From positions 1-40,217 of the forward strand of contig JAUCBJ010002929.1 in assembly GCA_032718475.1 (NCBI GenBank): DNA of 40,217 nucleotides, written 5' to 3'. A program made the position numbers and the translations under genes. The notes beneath the pieces are model-generated. The model saw only the letters and a list, made by a program, of their open reading frames with translations, searched no databases and was not told where the DNA came from. Shown piece by piece: positions 1-13,694 of the stretch (positions within the stretch are counted from its first letter, which is position 1; each line of letters begins with the position of its first letter). Source of the DNA: Nemertoderma westbladi. Taxonomy: Eukaryota; Animalia; Xenacoelomorpha.

Positions 1-352
1 TTACAACACAAATATACTGCCTACACTAATTACTTCGGAAGGCACTGTACTCTAAACCCTAAATTAGGTACAAGCACCGGTATAACAAATAATCAGTAGT
101 TAAATATACTTGAACAGTTAAAAGAACCACGGCATCTGCTGGAGTGACCGAAGCACAAAGTCGTCAGTCTTTACCTACGCCAAGCAGCCCTGATGTAGTA
201 CCGGGGTTAGTTTAACTATAACGGTATGTATAACAAGCACAATTACTGTAGGAATAAACTTGGGGACATGAATGTTGCGAATAATCGCATAAACTCTGAA
301 TAATAAATATTACGCTACCCGTACAGAATACTCAAACGAATACAAACCAAAC

Positions 353-880
353 GCTGGCAGACTACTATTAAGCCTAAACGAACCACAGTATGTGCAGATT
401 CTGAAACTGTTAGTTAGTATGCGTTCTAACACGGTAGTACGACTTACTCTTTAAGAGGGGATTAACCTTACCGCTTATGGCTGCCCCAACTTACTAACGG
501 CACTTGATCAGACCAACTCTACACACGCAGCAATCCCTTCAGACCTAAAAATAGCTAGACAACAATCCAGCCTACAAATATTTGAGTAATAACTATTACG
601 GTACCTGAACAGACCACACAAACAAACACAGGCTAAAACACTGGCAGACTACGATCAAGCCTAAATAAACTACAGTATATGCAGACTCTGAAACTGTTAG
701 TTAGTATGCGTGCTAACACGGTAGTACGACTTACTCTTTAAGAGGGGATTGACCTTACCGCTTATGGCTGCCCCAACTTACTAACGGCACTTTATCAGAC
801 AAACTCTACACACGCCGTAATCTCTCCAAACCCAACCACAGTCAGACAGCAGCTCAGCCTACAATTATCTGAACAATCTG
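353..880. repeat. Tandem duplication, ~288-bp period (units start ~353 and ~641)
   Basis: The block ctggcagactac...ctgaaactgttagttagtatgcg...cttaccgcttatggctgccccaacttactaacggcac occurs twice with a few substitutions. Confidence 0.9.
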
Positions 881-1124
881 AGCAGGGTCACACGCCTTCT
901 GCTCAATATTAGCCTACTAGGAAATAAAACCGACAGAAATAAGTAAGCTCCAAAAGAAACAAGGGGTGTACAGTCCCTAATCTCTTAAACAGCCTACCGG
1001 TACACAATAATCAAAATCGAATAATACTAAATGTACTTGTACAGCAGTACCGGTACCGGTGATGACAGTTAGGCCTACTGACCTACAAAGTACCGGTTCA
1101 GTTTTACCGGTCACTACGGTATTT

Positions 1125-1256
1125 TGCAACCTTATTGCCTACTGCAATAAGATTGTAAACTGTTACTGTTCGACAGAACAGTATTAAACTGTATTTAATG
1201 CCTACACTTGCAACCTTATTGCCTACTGCAATAAGAGTATAAACTGTTACTGTTCG
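1125..1256. repeat. Short direct duplication (~48 bp, ~83-bp period)
   Basis: ttgcaaccttattgcctactgcaataaga.t.taaactgttactgttcg at ~1125 and ~1208. Confidence 0.85.
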
Positions 1257-3739
1257 CGCTTTTGAAGACCTTTAGCAGTTTAACCTGCCAAAATTTATAT
1301 GTCTTTTAGTTAATTAAAACCACTTTAGCATACGACAATAATTTATGCTAATACGCAAAACATTAGCCGAAGTCAGCCCATGCGCGATCATTCACCCGAT
1401 GGATCTACACCCGGGAGACTGAATTCGGATGCTTGAATTGTATTATTACAGTGTAAGGTTGCAGTGTATACCTAATGTATTATTCGATAGATCGTTAATA
1501 ATTAATCTCTGACAGATATTATTGGCTTTCGGGAAATATTAACAGTTCCTTTAGGACGTGGCGCTTTATCTATTTAAACAGAACTAAGACTTATACTAAA
1601 CGCAACGATACTGCTTATGATTAAAGTATAAAGCGTATTCTTTAGGAAATACTTTGTTACCAATCACAATCATACACACTATTCTGCCGACAGTCAGTAC
1701 ATTTGATCACACATAAAGAGAGCAGTAATTGACTCACGTAGGGTCTGCTAAATAACATTGGATTCAATACACACCACATTAATATAAATCGCAATTGTTA
1801 TGTATAGCCGGTCTCTCTAACCTGTAGTGTTATCAAGAAAATTGGGAATTGGGTGATTTATCCGTATTATCCAAATAGCAATCTTTCCATCAACAAATAG
1901 GTACAATTAATAACTGACGGTAAAATAACAGTACAAACAATATGATTAATGCAATTAAATTAAGTAAGTAAAGTATCAAGGTGAGATGAGTTAATGAGGT
2001 AACAGTTTATACTTTCGATAATTCAAGCAGTTTACTATAGTTCTTCCCAAAAGGCCGGTGTTTCTGGCTTAGACAGCAATAACAACAAAGTATCAAGAAA
2101 AAACAGTAAGACTGAACACTCTCCTTATGATCGACTAAAAGCTACACGTCGACAGGAAAAATCGCTCTGATTGGCTCAAGCCAAACAAAGAACCACACAT
2201 CCAATGGCTGTTTCCATGTCAGCAACCAGCTGTTAGATGTCGTAATATGAATCATCACGGCTAAGCTGTGAAAGGTAGTTGGTGCATTACAGGTTTTTTG
2301 CCTTACCATGTCCGCCAAAACACGTATATAGCAGAATTACTTTTATGTCCGTTAAAACACCTGTAAAGGTACCTTGCGGGCGAGGGGAATATATATACAG
2401 TCCGAGAACCCTTTTAGAGTATTCCAGCGCCTGGGGGGAACTGGCCAGCAAAGGCAAACGTATCAGTTATCCCACAAAAGCTTTTACAGATCCGATCAGA
2501 TCCAACATACTCCGACAGCTTCAAACAAGTACAATGCTAACCTACGGAGATTTAGTACTGTTTGATTCTGTTGGAGAAAATATTTCCAACAAGTTTAGTC
2601 TGTGAATGTTTAGTCTCAATACCTGAATAATGACACTATATTCCAGGACATGGTGTAACCGGTGTGGATTGTGACCTTAACTGGCTCCTTGATCCCCGCG
2701 GCCCTTTTAGACCGTTTGGAAGAGGACAGTGGCAGAGTTAGAGTTTTTCAGCCATGATCTTGTGCTTTATTATTTAACTTCTTTATAATTTCCATGATTT
2801 AATTAAGTAATTCAATTATTAAAGCAATGTAACCTTTATTTCATATTATCGTAAATGATATGATTTAATAAACCGAATTCTTGATAATAAATAAAAATAA
2901 AATTATAGCATTAATAATAATAATAATCAATAAATCCAGCAAACAAATGCTCTGGTATTGCGACAAATGCTGATTCAAATAACTCCTTCAAAAGGGTTGG
3001 GCCCCCTTCTTAACAGTCTTTTGATGAGATTCTCGATAAAAGCATGTCAAAATAGAATACGAGACCTTCTTTGTGGGTCCATAGACACCTACATCGAGTG
3101 GCTTAATAGCACTTGATGTATTTGGAGGAAGAGCAACAATGAAAACGGATTCTTCTATGGAAACAGCAGTGCGATAAGTAATATGAGAAGTTCTGTTACT
3201 AACTTACTCCTCACCATATGAAAAAGAATGGTAAAGAATGTGGAGCAGATGTATGCTCTGAGTACATTTCCTGATAATATTGGTATAATGCAGGTGTTTA
3301 AGTACAGTGGTTGTCCTCCCACTAAACATTATTGGGAAGATGTCTCATTTCAATCTTTTGAAGATGAAGGTCAGGCTATTACATCTGTATCTGATGATTT
3401 GGATATCACTCATAATTCTACCCTTACAATTCAAACAAGTGTTGTCACATCTTAGCCTGATATTAATACTCCTGAAAAATATCCAAATACCAGTAATACA
3501 CCTTTGTTTAAAATACCTGCTAAATCTGTGATATTTGATACACCCCACCCACCATCATCATCAACTACTACTCCATATATCTGTATAAATAAACCTAGCC
3601 ATTCAAATTTGAATATTTTGGACCAAACATTCATTCCAAAGAGGAAGTATCACGCAGTTCGTAGTACAGTTAAGTCTGGTCCCATATGGATGGCAACGAC
3701 ATTAGAAGTTTCACCATCTTCTAAGAAGAGTCAAAAGAT

Positions 3740-4127
3740 GTCCGTGCAATATATTCCTGATATATCAGGGGATTCACTCAGACATCCTATCGAACATCTG
3801 GTGGCCGATAATGCCACTGTCATAACAGACTGTCACAAGAGTTATGCCACCATTGGTCAATGGGTACGGTCTGACATAAACCACCAATCCGTGAATCACT
3901 CCGGGAATGAATGCTCTGGTTCTAAATTTGTCAGGGCAGATTCTTGTAATGGGGAAACATCCGGCAATAAGATACAATTTTGCACATTTATATCCAATTG
4001 CAAATGTGCACAAATGCCCACAAAGCCACTTATAGGGGGGTGGTTTCATGTTGTACGACTGTTAAAGAAACATGCTACTCATGATGAACTAGTTAAGGCC
4101 TTGGCATCTTATAATCATAGAGTGTAC
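3740..4127 (+). pseudogene. Merlin/IS1016 (ISXO2-like) DDE transposase fragment
   Basis: SLRHPIEHLVADNATVITDCHKSYATI...HQSVNHS...KFV and IGGWFHVVRLLKKH match the Merlin pattern L.P.I...V..G..I.SD....Y..L...H..VNHS..FV and IE..W..VK..L. Confidence 0.75.
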
Positions 4128-7100
4128 GTACGTACAGTCCCAATCCCAATAAGCATTAACTTGCCACTCCCCTCCTCCCTCCAAGGGGCAGACTGGTCTA
4201 GCAAGATGGTGACTGGCGCCCTTGAACAGGCAAACTGTTGTACCTGACTACATACAACCTGCGCGTGGGACCAGCCCATTATTAGTAAGGTCGGTATTTA
4301 TCTTTATCCTGCGTCTCTCTTTGTATTACAATAGCATAAAGCTAACCAATTATCTAACCCCAGTGTGGGAAAGACTGTAAAATACTGATAATTATATTTT
4401 CCTTTTCGCAGGAGAGACAGTACCCTCTTCTATAGTTAATATCCCCAACCCCCCACTATGGATTACATTAGTAATGCGGAGGTCCGGCCACTAGAGGCCA
4501 GTGGAATTACCGGACACAATCGGCCTCACAGGCGTCAGTTATCTCCTGACCGGCTGCCTGTCTCACCCCCTACTGGAGAGAGAGAAGCCAGCAATTCTTT
4601 GAGTCCCTTTCCTGATGACCTTTCTGGCCCAAACCCTGGGTCACCAGGGAGGCCAGATTGTGAGGGGGAGAGGGATTCTGGAGTTGGAGGCTACTCTCAT
4701 GTTCCACCCCGACCAACAAAGCCATTGGTGAATCTGAGGCAAGTCACTAGACTAGCCTCAGTAAACACCCTAACACTCGGGTCCCCAATGCGACAAGGTG
4801 AGCTGACTGCCTTGGCATATAAGCTTTCTCTTAGCGCAGTGGGTGTTCGAGAGCACCGAATGCAGACTGGACAGACTGATGAGGTTCTGATTAAGGACAT
4901 GGGGGGCGGTTGGTGACTCGCCCTTGCGTCAGCAGATGATAGTGGCAATGGTGGTATTGGTCTATTGATGAATCCAACTGCACATGCAGCATTGGACAAA
5001 ATAGACCAAATCTCTAACCGCATCATCCGTTGCCACTTATCATGTTCTGGAAGACTGGCTAAGAAGTTTCCTAAGGTGGTTCTGATTGTGTGCTACTCTC
5101 CAACTAGTGTTGCCCCTGTAGAGGAGGTGGAAAATTTCTACCACAATCTACAAGCAGCTACTGATGGAGTGGATCAGCATGCATTCTTAACATTCCTGGG
5201 AGACTTTAATGCAAGTCTGCATCAATCACCTACATCGCCCTGGGTCTATAGCAATAGTCCCAGGGGAAATTCCGCCCATCTTCAGGATTTTATCTCTGGA
5301 AATGGATTGTTTTCGGCTGGAACCCAGTTCTGGAAAGCTATGGACTCATAGTGGACCCAGTGGTCACAAGTCCCAGATAGACCATATTCTGTTTCGTAGG
5401 AAGTACAGGAGCTCTATACAAGACTGTAATGCATTTACACTTCGACCCTTCTCCAGTGATCACTGCCTTATTGTGGCCAAGGTAAGACTTAGTCTGCGTG
5501 CTGGCAGAACAACGAAATCTGCGTTGCCAAGGTATGACTGGTCCTCTCTGTTGCAACAGCCAAGTGTGAGATTCAGCTTCATACTACAGCTGAGCAACAG
5601 GTATGAGGCTCTTGCCTCTGAGGCGGCAGATCACTGTGAGGGCTATACTGCCTTTACAGAAGCAGTTAAGTTAGCAGCTGCAGAAACAGTTCCTGTATTC
5701 CCTCGAAACAGGAAAAGGGCCCCCTGGACTGACAACAAAATTCAGAAGTGCCGAAATGACCTTCATAAGGCGCAGAAAGAGTCCGGACTCAAAGAGACTA
5801 CAGCGGCCAAGAATGCAGTTAAGGCTGCATCTAGGTCCCTGAACAGGCAGTACTCTGTTAATCTACAGGAGCTAATAAACCAACAGGTTGATGCCATCAA
5901 TGATGCCGACGACAGCAGGCAATCATCCCAGGCATGGAAATCGATCAACTTGCTTACTGGGCGGAAAAGCCAACCAACCACCAAGGTTAAGGCTGAATGA
6001 CCAGCCGATCGCCTCAATGGTTGGAAGGCCCACTTTGAAAAGCTCCTCAATAATGACAGGGATTGTCTGATATATCTCCTTTGCAGAAGTGAAGGCTGCT
6101 GCAAAGAGCATTAAGACCACCGTGCCAGTGGAGTAGATGGTGTTCCCCCTGAGGTCTTTAAAATACCTGAGTGTTTAAAGCTCATCTATCCCATCATAGT
6201 AGACATGTACCGAACAACAAGAGTCCCACAGGAAATGAAAACAAATAAGTTGGTGCCAGATCCCAAGAAGGGCAACCTAACACTATGGTTCTTTTCGGGG
6301 AATCTCATTGATCTCGATTGCTGCAAAGCTATACAATAGAATTCTATTAAATCGCATCAGGGATCCCATTGAGAGACTGCTCCGTGGAAATCAGAATGGG
6401 TTCCGTAAAGGTCGTGGGACCATGGAACCCATTTTGGCACTTAGAAGGATAATTGAAGAGTTATCAAAAAAGAAAGACAGGCATCTGGCTGTTATCTTTG
6501 TTGACTTTTTCAAGGCCTTTGATTCAGTCTCCCGCTCACGTATGTTCAGCATACTTTCATTATATGGGATTCCTGATGAAATTATTGCAGCAATCAGATC
6601 AGTATACGATGGTTCGACAACATTTGTGTCTACTGATGATGGTGACACAGAACCATTTGAAGTGTTATGGGGCGTCCTCCAGGGAGACACACTTGCACCA
6701 TTCTTGTTCATAATTGTGGTTTACTATGTTCTACGCATGTCCTTAGATCATCATAATGATGATGGGGTGATGATAACTCCACCTACTGGCTCCAGAAATC
6801 GAGGAAATCCTGCCAAGTACCTAACTGATCTAGACTTTGCTGATGACTTAGGAGTACTCTCAGAATCACTAGAGGGAGCCCAACGGCTCCTCAGCTCATT
6901 CGAACATGCTGCTTCTAGTGTTGGACTTTTTATTAACTCCAGAAAGACCAAACTTTTGACAGTTAACTTTGAAAGTTCTCAGCAAGTTTCTGATCGGATG
7001 AGCATAAGCTCAAAGGATGGTATGCTTGAGCATGTGGACGACTTCTGTTACCTGGGATCATGGATCCGGAAGTCAGGTGAGGACCTTCGAATACGTAAGG

Positions 7101-7662
7101 GAAAGGCATGGGCAGCCTTGAATAGGCTTTCCAGGATTTGGAAGTCACTGAGAATTAATCGGAAACTTAAGGTCCGATTATTTAGAGCAGCAGTAGTTTC
7201 AGTACTCCTCTATGGGAGTCCATGCTGGGCTCTAACTGCTGAGGACACCAAATCTCTGGATGGCACATTCACAAGAATGCTACGCCGGGTTCATTGTGTC
7301 AAGTACAATGCACACATCTCCAACCAGACACTATATAACATTGGAGGTTTCTCATTGGTTCCCCCAAGCTTGACACTAGAACAAAATCGCCTCCGCTTTG
7401 CAGGACATTGCTTTCGCCGTGAGGACCAGCCAGTGCATAATCTTGTACTTTGGCAGCCTCATGGAGTGAATAAGCATGGTGGACAGCCCATGACTTTCTT
7501 GAGACGCACCTTAAAGGACACTGGTCTTGAAGATGCGGATGATCTAGCAAATGTCATGGGTGATAGGGAGTTGTGGCAGCGCAATTTTGTTGACAAGCCG
7601 GCACAGCATTCTTAAAAATGCAGCTGCAATGCAGCAAGCCGATACCAGTAGTAGTATAGTTA
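4128..7662 (+). mobile_element. RTE-clade non-LTR retrotransposon, near full length, decayed
   Basis: Single APE+RT frame after a GC-richer 5' UTR, with a short 3' UTR ending in a (GTA)n-like tail at ~7647-7660. There is a possible degenerate TSD AGTGTAC at 4121-4127 and 7666-7672. Confidence 0.85.
4458..7615 (+). pseudogene. RTE ORF: AP endonuclease + reverse transcriptase, disrupted by stops and frameshifts
   Basis: APE motifs: ASVNTLTL, VGVREHR, GGIGLLM, CYSPT, LGDFNA, QIDHIL, SDHCLI. RT motifs: QNGFRKGR, FVDFFKAFDSV, GVLQGDTLAPFLF, LDFADDL, YLGSWI. Stops at 4914 and 5998; frameshifts at ~5335 and ~6070-6300. Confidence 0.92.
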
Positions 7663-7814
7663 ATATAGTGTACATGTGTTAATTATTAGCTTTGGGTTTA
7701 TTTCTATGTATTTATTTTATCAACAAGTTTGGCTATGTTCTGTTCTAATTTTGTTTTTGTTTCGTCAATTAATTGTGTGGTTAATTTGTCATTCGTGGCC
7801 TTAACTGGCTACAG

Positions 7815-7912
7815 GAAACACTAACAAGTGCAGGGTCTGTGGGAAAACTTATAAGAAGTCTGATGGGAGCCATTGGATCGGTTGTGACCAATGAGTAAAA
7901 GACACTGGCAAG
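7815..7912 (+). pseudogene. PHD-finger-like exon fragment
   Basis: Reads KCRVCGKTYKKSDGSHWIGCDQ then a disrupted C-KRHW, following a ctacag splice-acceptor-like site. C..C...WI.CD.C is the PHD signature. Confidence 0.55.
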
Positions 7913-8629
7913 TGTTAAATATTTGTGTTAAATATTTAAAAATCGTCTGATTTTTTGTTTGTACGTAGGTATCATTATCATCATAGGTTCCATTAAAGTA
8001 ATTAAGCAGATTTCTGCCTATTGGATATTGAGTCTCCCTCCAATCAGCCAATAATATTCAAACCAATATCTATTGATCTAATACAAGCACACAAATAATA
8101 CTCCAGTCGCTGCTGGTGTCAAAGAAATGCCAGGTCAATTCTGCCCTCTATTCATTAACCTGCCTCAGATATTTGGCGCCAGTAATTTCTTACATATAGT
8201 CAACCCAGCACCAGCCTTCCCTTTATAATTAGCCTAGATTAGTTTTGCACCTCCTATTACATCTCAGCCCAGGATTCCTACTGTCTGACTTGTCAATCAA
8301 TAAACCCTCCAAGGACATAATTTGGCATTCCATTATGCCTAATTCTGATAATATTTTAAAAGTTAGATAACTTCTCATTCCGTAAACAATTTTTTTTTCT
8401 TACCAGGTGAAATGTCACTATATTTTGCGAGGAATTCAGTGGTATAAATTTTAAAATGCGATAATTGTGTATCGAATGCGCTTAGCATTCAGATTACATT
8501 TAGCATTCAGCATTCAGATTCCTATGTTAGTCTATGGGGAAAATGCAGCTAGATTGATTCTGGTGATGCCAAATTTTGGCGTTCAAAAGGACAAAATTGG
8601 GCATTGTATTCCTAACTGATTCCATTTTG

Positions 8630-9260
8630 CCAACCTGGTATACCAGTAAACTGTTAAGCTACACTATCAGTGTAAACTGTCAACTACACTTTCAGGATAG
8701 TATTAACAGTTCCGTTTAGGTGTTGCGTTCTAAATAATATACAGAGATATGACTTACGGTAATTATAACAGATTATTGATTAGAATTATAGCTTTTATGC
8801 CCTTTAGAGACATAAGAGTTATGTACTCGCACTCACTCAACTGCAGGGAATATACGGGAATACTGACTTACTGACTTGGGCAAAATTTGTTCATGAATAA
8901 GGAGAGAAAAGGGCTCACATATATTGGTGCTATGAAACAGCATAAATCTCATACAGACCATTTGATTATGAACCGAGGTTGCTAATTAACCTCCCACTCA
9001 ACTTACCAACTGACTGGCTCGTTGTTATACCTATATAATTCACACTGCGGCAAGTCTGCAGGAGTTTAGGTCCATCAGCGTTAGTTAGGATTCGCTGCGC
9101 AGGATTGTTTCTCGCGAGTTTGATCTGTTTCTGTATACTGTATTTCTGCCTCACCGGTTAGGGACTGGTCACCCTGATTGTCAAGTTAGCCTGGGCAATT
9201 GATTCACCCAAGTTTAGTAGAAGACATCAGGCACCGATCTCGACAGCAGCAGTTTGTGTA
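8630..9260 (+). mobile_element. Relic of a diverged relative of the Bel/Pao LTR (3' part)
   Basis: 9030-9160 (tatataattcacactgcggcaag...ttaggattcgctgcgcaggatt...ttctgcctcaccggtta) aligns with LTR 17516-17652. A ttgattcac block follows in both. Confidence 0.7.
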
Positions 9261-9899
9261 CTTTTAATATATATTATTAGGCCCTGACTGCGTTGGCATT
9301 CTTCAATTATTATTATTATTATATTATATATAATATATAATAAAAAAATGGAAATAATTGGCCGTAATCAGCAACCATAAACAATAGAATTGCTACTGCA
9401 GTTTTGTTAGGCCCATTTAAACACTGAAAATGTATGAAGAGTTGATATTACCCCAGAACAATACAAATAAACTATGACCAATAATTATTATTGCATTAAT
9501 TCGTAGACTTAATGTAGTGAGTTGAATAGTCCTGCTAGAACATGTAACAGCAGAGTGAATTTTGAACTAATAGATTTATTTATACATTATGTAAAAACAA
9601 TAACAAATACACCAAACAATGTACTGGTATAAAGGTATTGTCCAACATAACATAAGGATTACCCATAAAGCTGATGTAGGATGTAATGATTTATATTAGT
9701 ATAAATATTAGTAACTCGTAGACTAGAACGTTCAACATTGTACATTTAATTTGTGTGTTATTATATTATTATTAATATTAATTTCTGGTCTGGTCTATAA
9801 TAAATAAACTAACTACAGAACAATTTATTATAAAACGTATTTACAGAATAAATAGTAAATAATCAATAAACTAATAACTTACTGTAGGACTATTGTACC

Positions 9900-10540
9900 T
9901 ATTTTTACATTGCACATGGAGGTGAGAATTAACTGCAGATTTAAAAGAATGTTGATTATCTAGGTTTTTAATTACATTAGGCAGAGCGTCCAATTTTTAA
10001 TACCATTAAAAAAGAAAGTATCAGATTCGAAGTATTTACAATTCGGGAGGTAGAAGTTTGAAGCACTAGCTCTGGTACTGTAAGAGTGTGTGTATCGCGC
10101 ACTCTGTTGAATTTTAGTTTTAGGTAATTGGGACATTTACCATTATACACTTTATGCACATGGTTAAGGCGTAGCTGCTTAACTCTACTATCTAAGTAAA
10201 GTAGTCCAGATTCAGAATAATTCACCTGGAGTTAGGTGGTTTGTAGTCTTTAATAAATCGTGCTACTTTATTCTGAGCTACTTGTAATTTACATTTAAGC
10301 TGTTTGGTTAAACCTTCATACCAAGAAGAGCACTCGTAGTCCATGTGACACTGTATTAAAGAAGAGCAAAGTAAATTGCGGGAGTCGGTGTTTAAACTAT
10401 TTTTATTTCTGTATAGAAACCTAAGCCTACTGTTGTTAACTTTCGAGAAAATATTTTTCACTGTACTTTCTCCGGTTAAGCAGTTATCCAATGTGGTGCC
10501 TAAATATTTAACTTCCTTTTTATTTTCAATCTTATTCATG
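9900..10540 (-). pseudogene. 5'-truncated LINE (CR1/L2/Crack-Daphne group), RT C-terminal region
   Basis: KEVKYLGTTLDNCLTG...SRLRFLYRNK...IQCHMDYECSSWY...KLQVAQNKVARFI, then LDSRVKQLRLNHVHKVYNGKCPNYL after a frameshift. Confidence 0.85.
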
Positions 10541-12486
10541 TATTTATTCTTATTTATTTCCTCCAAAATATAAAATAAAAATAATGCACAATATCCCACA
10601 AAATTGATTGCTGGGTTTATTGGTGTGAGCTTCCGCTATAGCATAGCTAGTGTAGTTTTAGCTCACCCCTGCATCTGGAGAGTTCTAGAATGTTTAAATA
10701 TAAATCCAATTATACAGATAGGTGCGTGCGGTGTGGTTGACTGCTGTTGGAACTTTATAAATATTTGTTTTTTCCTGCATGTAGTAAAAAATAAATTTGT
10801 GGTATACAAGACTGCATAGCAAACTGATGATAACCAATAGGGCCCATGTGAACAATACCAGACTTTCTGCCGTTATATTTCACTTTGCAGTTACCCCCAT
10901 GTGAAGAATACCAGGTTTTCACCAAAACCACAGGTTACAGAAGGGCTGAATCTAACCAAAACAATAAACGAATTAGTATATGTACAGGTTATAAGACAGA
11001 AATAAGCGCTATAAAACACTTAATAAAGATAAATTAAAAAAAATAAAAAATCTTCACATGGGCGACCAATAGGGGAGAATGTATATGTAAAGAAAAAAAG
11101 TATGAAACTAAATGTATGTCGCAAAATATGTAAAGGAAAATATATTTATATAACGCAAGTTGTTGATAACCAATTGGGGAGAATGTATATGAAAAAAAAA
11201 ATAAAAAATATATGTACGCTATTAAAATTGAAATGTTTTAATCGTATCTGCAGTAAGTGGTTTTTAATTTTTTCTTAAATATCGCCAGGCTTCAACTGTC
11301 CCTAATAAGTTGTGATAATGAGTTCCACAAAAGTGGCTCTTGCATAGAGAACCAGGTTCACTAAATTGACTCCACCAAAACTAAAAATATAGAAAATTAT
11401 CAATCTTAACTTAAGTTGACAATAAATCAAATATGCCCAGCCCGCAAGATAGATTTTTCGAATTTACTTTCTTATTTCTTCCTAATTTACTTAGTTTCTA
11501 ATTTTGCAGCAGTTGGGTGTTATGTCTCTCTATTTTGTTCGATATTGAGTTCCGTTTTGGCATACGGTACGTCAGTCTGTCAGTATGAATGGATTTTGTT
11601 CAAATTACGTGCCAACGTTTTCTACGTCGATGCTCTTTCAACACGACGCCAGGCATATTTCGATGCCTGCTGGTGCAGCATTGCTATCATTGCCAATGCT
11701 ACGCTGGTTACACCTGACGCCAGCGTAGCACATATCTGCAGACTCTTTGCCCGCATATCTCAGAACACATACAATTTACCCAGTAAAGCATACACATCTC
11801 TGAACGACATTAATCTCGAAAGTCATATATCTTGGAAGGAATCATATCTCCCGAAACCGAATTGCTCGGCATAGTTTCAAAATATGCGTCATACTTGTAG
11901 TTTGTTAAATCATATTTAATCGCGAATATACATATATATATATCTTTGTGAAAACTTTTCAGTTTCTGAAGAATCCTTAATTTTTAATCACCATGCAATT
12001 TGTTCCAAATGTAAAATAATATTGTAAACTGGTGGCAGTTAATAATAAATTGGTTTATCTTGTCAAGCAGTATGTTGTCTTGTCAAGATATTTGGTCAAC
12101 ATTTATAACTAAATATATTATTGAAACCACCAAATATCTTGTCATTTTGACAATCCAGCTACCCAATTCAATAAAATATGTGACACATATTGACAATATT
12201 ATCTTGCCAAATTATTTAACCAGATATATGCAGTCAATTTAAGTAGATATGTTGTCGTCACTATGTGACAATACATATCTGGTCAAATTGGCATTTTTTT
12301 TGGTCAGTTTAACCAATCTTTTTTTTTGAGTAATAGTTCCTATTCAGTTAGCTCTTAGTTTATACTTTACAAACTTGAACTGCACAAAGATCGCTTTGAG
12401 TTGTGATGGCAACTCATTAAGTCAATGTTTAACTGAGCATGTTTGTAAACAATGTAATAGTTTAAACTTTACAAACTTGAATTGTT

Positions 12487-12540
12487 TCTTGAAAAATATA
12501 CTAATATAAGGGATCTTGAAAAATATACTAATATAAGGGA
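12487..12540. repeat. Perfect 27-bp tandem duplication
   Basis: tcttgaaaaatatactaatataaggga occurs twice in tandem. Confidence 0.9.
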
Positions 12541-13449
12541 TAAGTTCTAATAAGTTTAGGTATTGTGCTATAGATGGATTTCTAATATACATTTTTTTAT
12601 CAGTTGTTTTTTTATTTGTTTTTATTATTTTTTTTTATTTTTTTGGTTTTTTTTTTAGCTTTTTCCTTTATTCTAGAATATTGAATTAATTTAAATTTTT
12701 TTGTTTTTTTTTTATTTTTTTTTTATTTTTTTGACAGCTAAGCAGAGCCACCCTGTTATATTTCCATGCACCAACATACTACTAAAACTATTTAATTATT
12801 AACACAATTATGTTTGTAAATAATCCATATTTCAATATTTAATCAATTATCATTTTTTATCAATATTATATCTAGCAGAGCATAGATCACTTACTCAATG
12901 TCAATGCATGTTTATATCATATAATGCATATTGGTACTATTTCAGTATTTTCTCGATTGCCATGTAAGATGCTCTAGTCTATACTGGTTGATTTTTTACT
13001 GGTCCAGAGCCATCAGTAATTTTTGTACTACACATATTACCTTATACAACATCTGAAATTTTCAGAAGGGGAGTACCATATATAATGTATATTTATATGA
13101 ATTCTTAAGTCAGTAGTTATCTTATTTATCTTACGACCAATATAATTAGGCCTCACCTTCATACTGAGTTTGTCCCAACCATGGTACAGTGAATTGAAGG
13201 AAATACAACCATGGCAATCTATCCACTTCCAAATATACCAGCCTGCTATTTCTCTCCGATGTTATCATCATAGCATCATGCATGTGATAATCACAATACA
13301 GACAAATAAACAAAAATGCAAATAAACACAAAGAAACAAAAACAAACAACAATCAAGGAGAAGCAAACATGGAAAATATTAACAGCCTTTATAAGGCAAC
13401 ATAAAAACCACAATAAAATGTCTTCCTGACGGGATAGTATGGTGGGTTA

Positions 13450-13681
13450 TCCAGCCTCAATAGGGCGGGATGTCCATATCCAGCCTCAATAGGGTGGGAT
13501 GTCCTGTCCAGCCTCAATATGGCGGGATGTCCAGCCTCAAGGACGGGATGTCGATGTTCAGCCTCAATAGGGCAGGATGTCCAGTCTTGATAGGCGGGAT
13601 ATTACGGAGGGTTATCCATCCTCAATAGGGTGGGATGTCCAGCCTCAATAGGGCGGGATGTCCAGTCTTGATAGGCGGGAT
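13450..13681. repeat. GC-rich minisatellite, ~23-bp unit TCCAGCCTCAATAGGGCGGGATG
   Basis: About nine degenerate copies are visible. Confidence 0.9.
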
Positions 13682-13694
13682 AAACAGCATGATC

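Larger units (their letters stand above)
1..2640. mobile_element. Non-coding repeat-like region, possibly a relic of a long LTR family
   Basis: 1526-1593 aligns by eye with 8688-8757, which lies in a segment that also matches the Bel/Pao LTR. CCAAT-type boxes occur near 2169-2205. No credible ORF. Boundaries are uncertain. Confidence 0.35.

Noticed and set aside
2279-2605. 108-aa ORF as a gene
   Set aside because: Non-ATG start and no recognisable domain; it may be a chance ORF in repeat DNA.
11416-11874. 152-aa ORF as a gene
   Set aside because: Non-ATG start, no recognisable motif, and repeat-like context.
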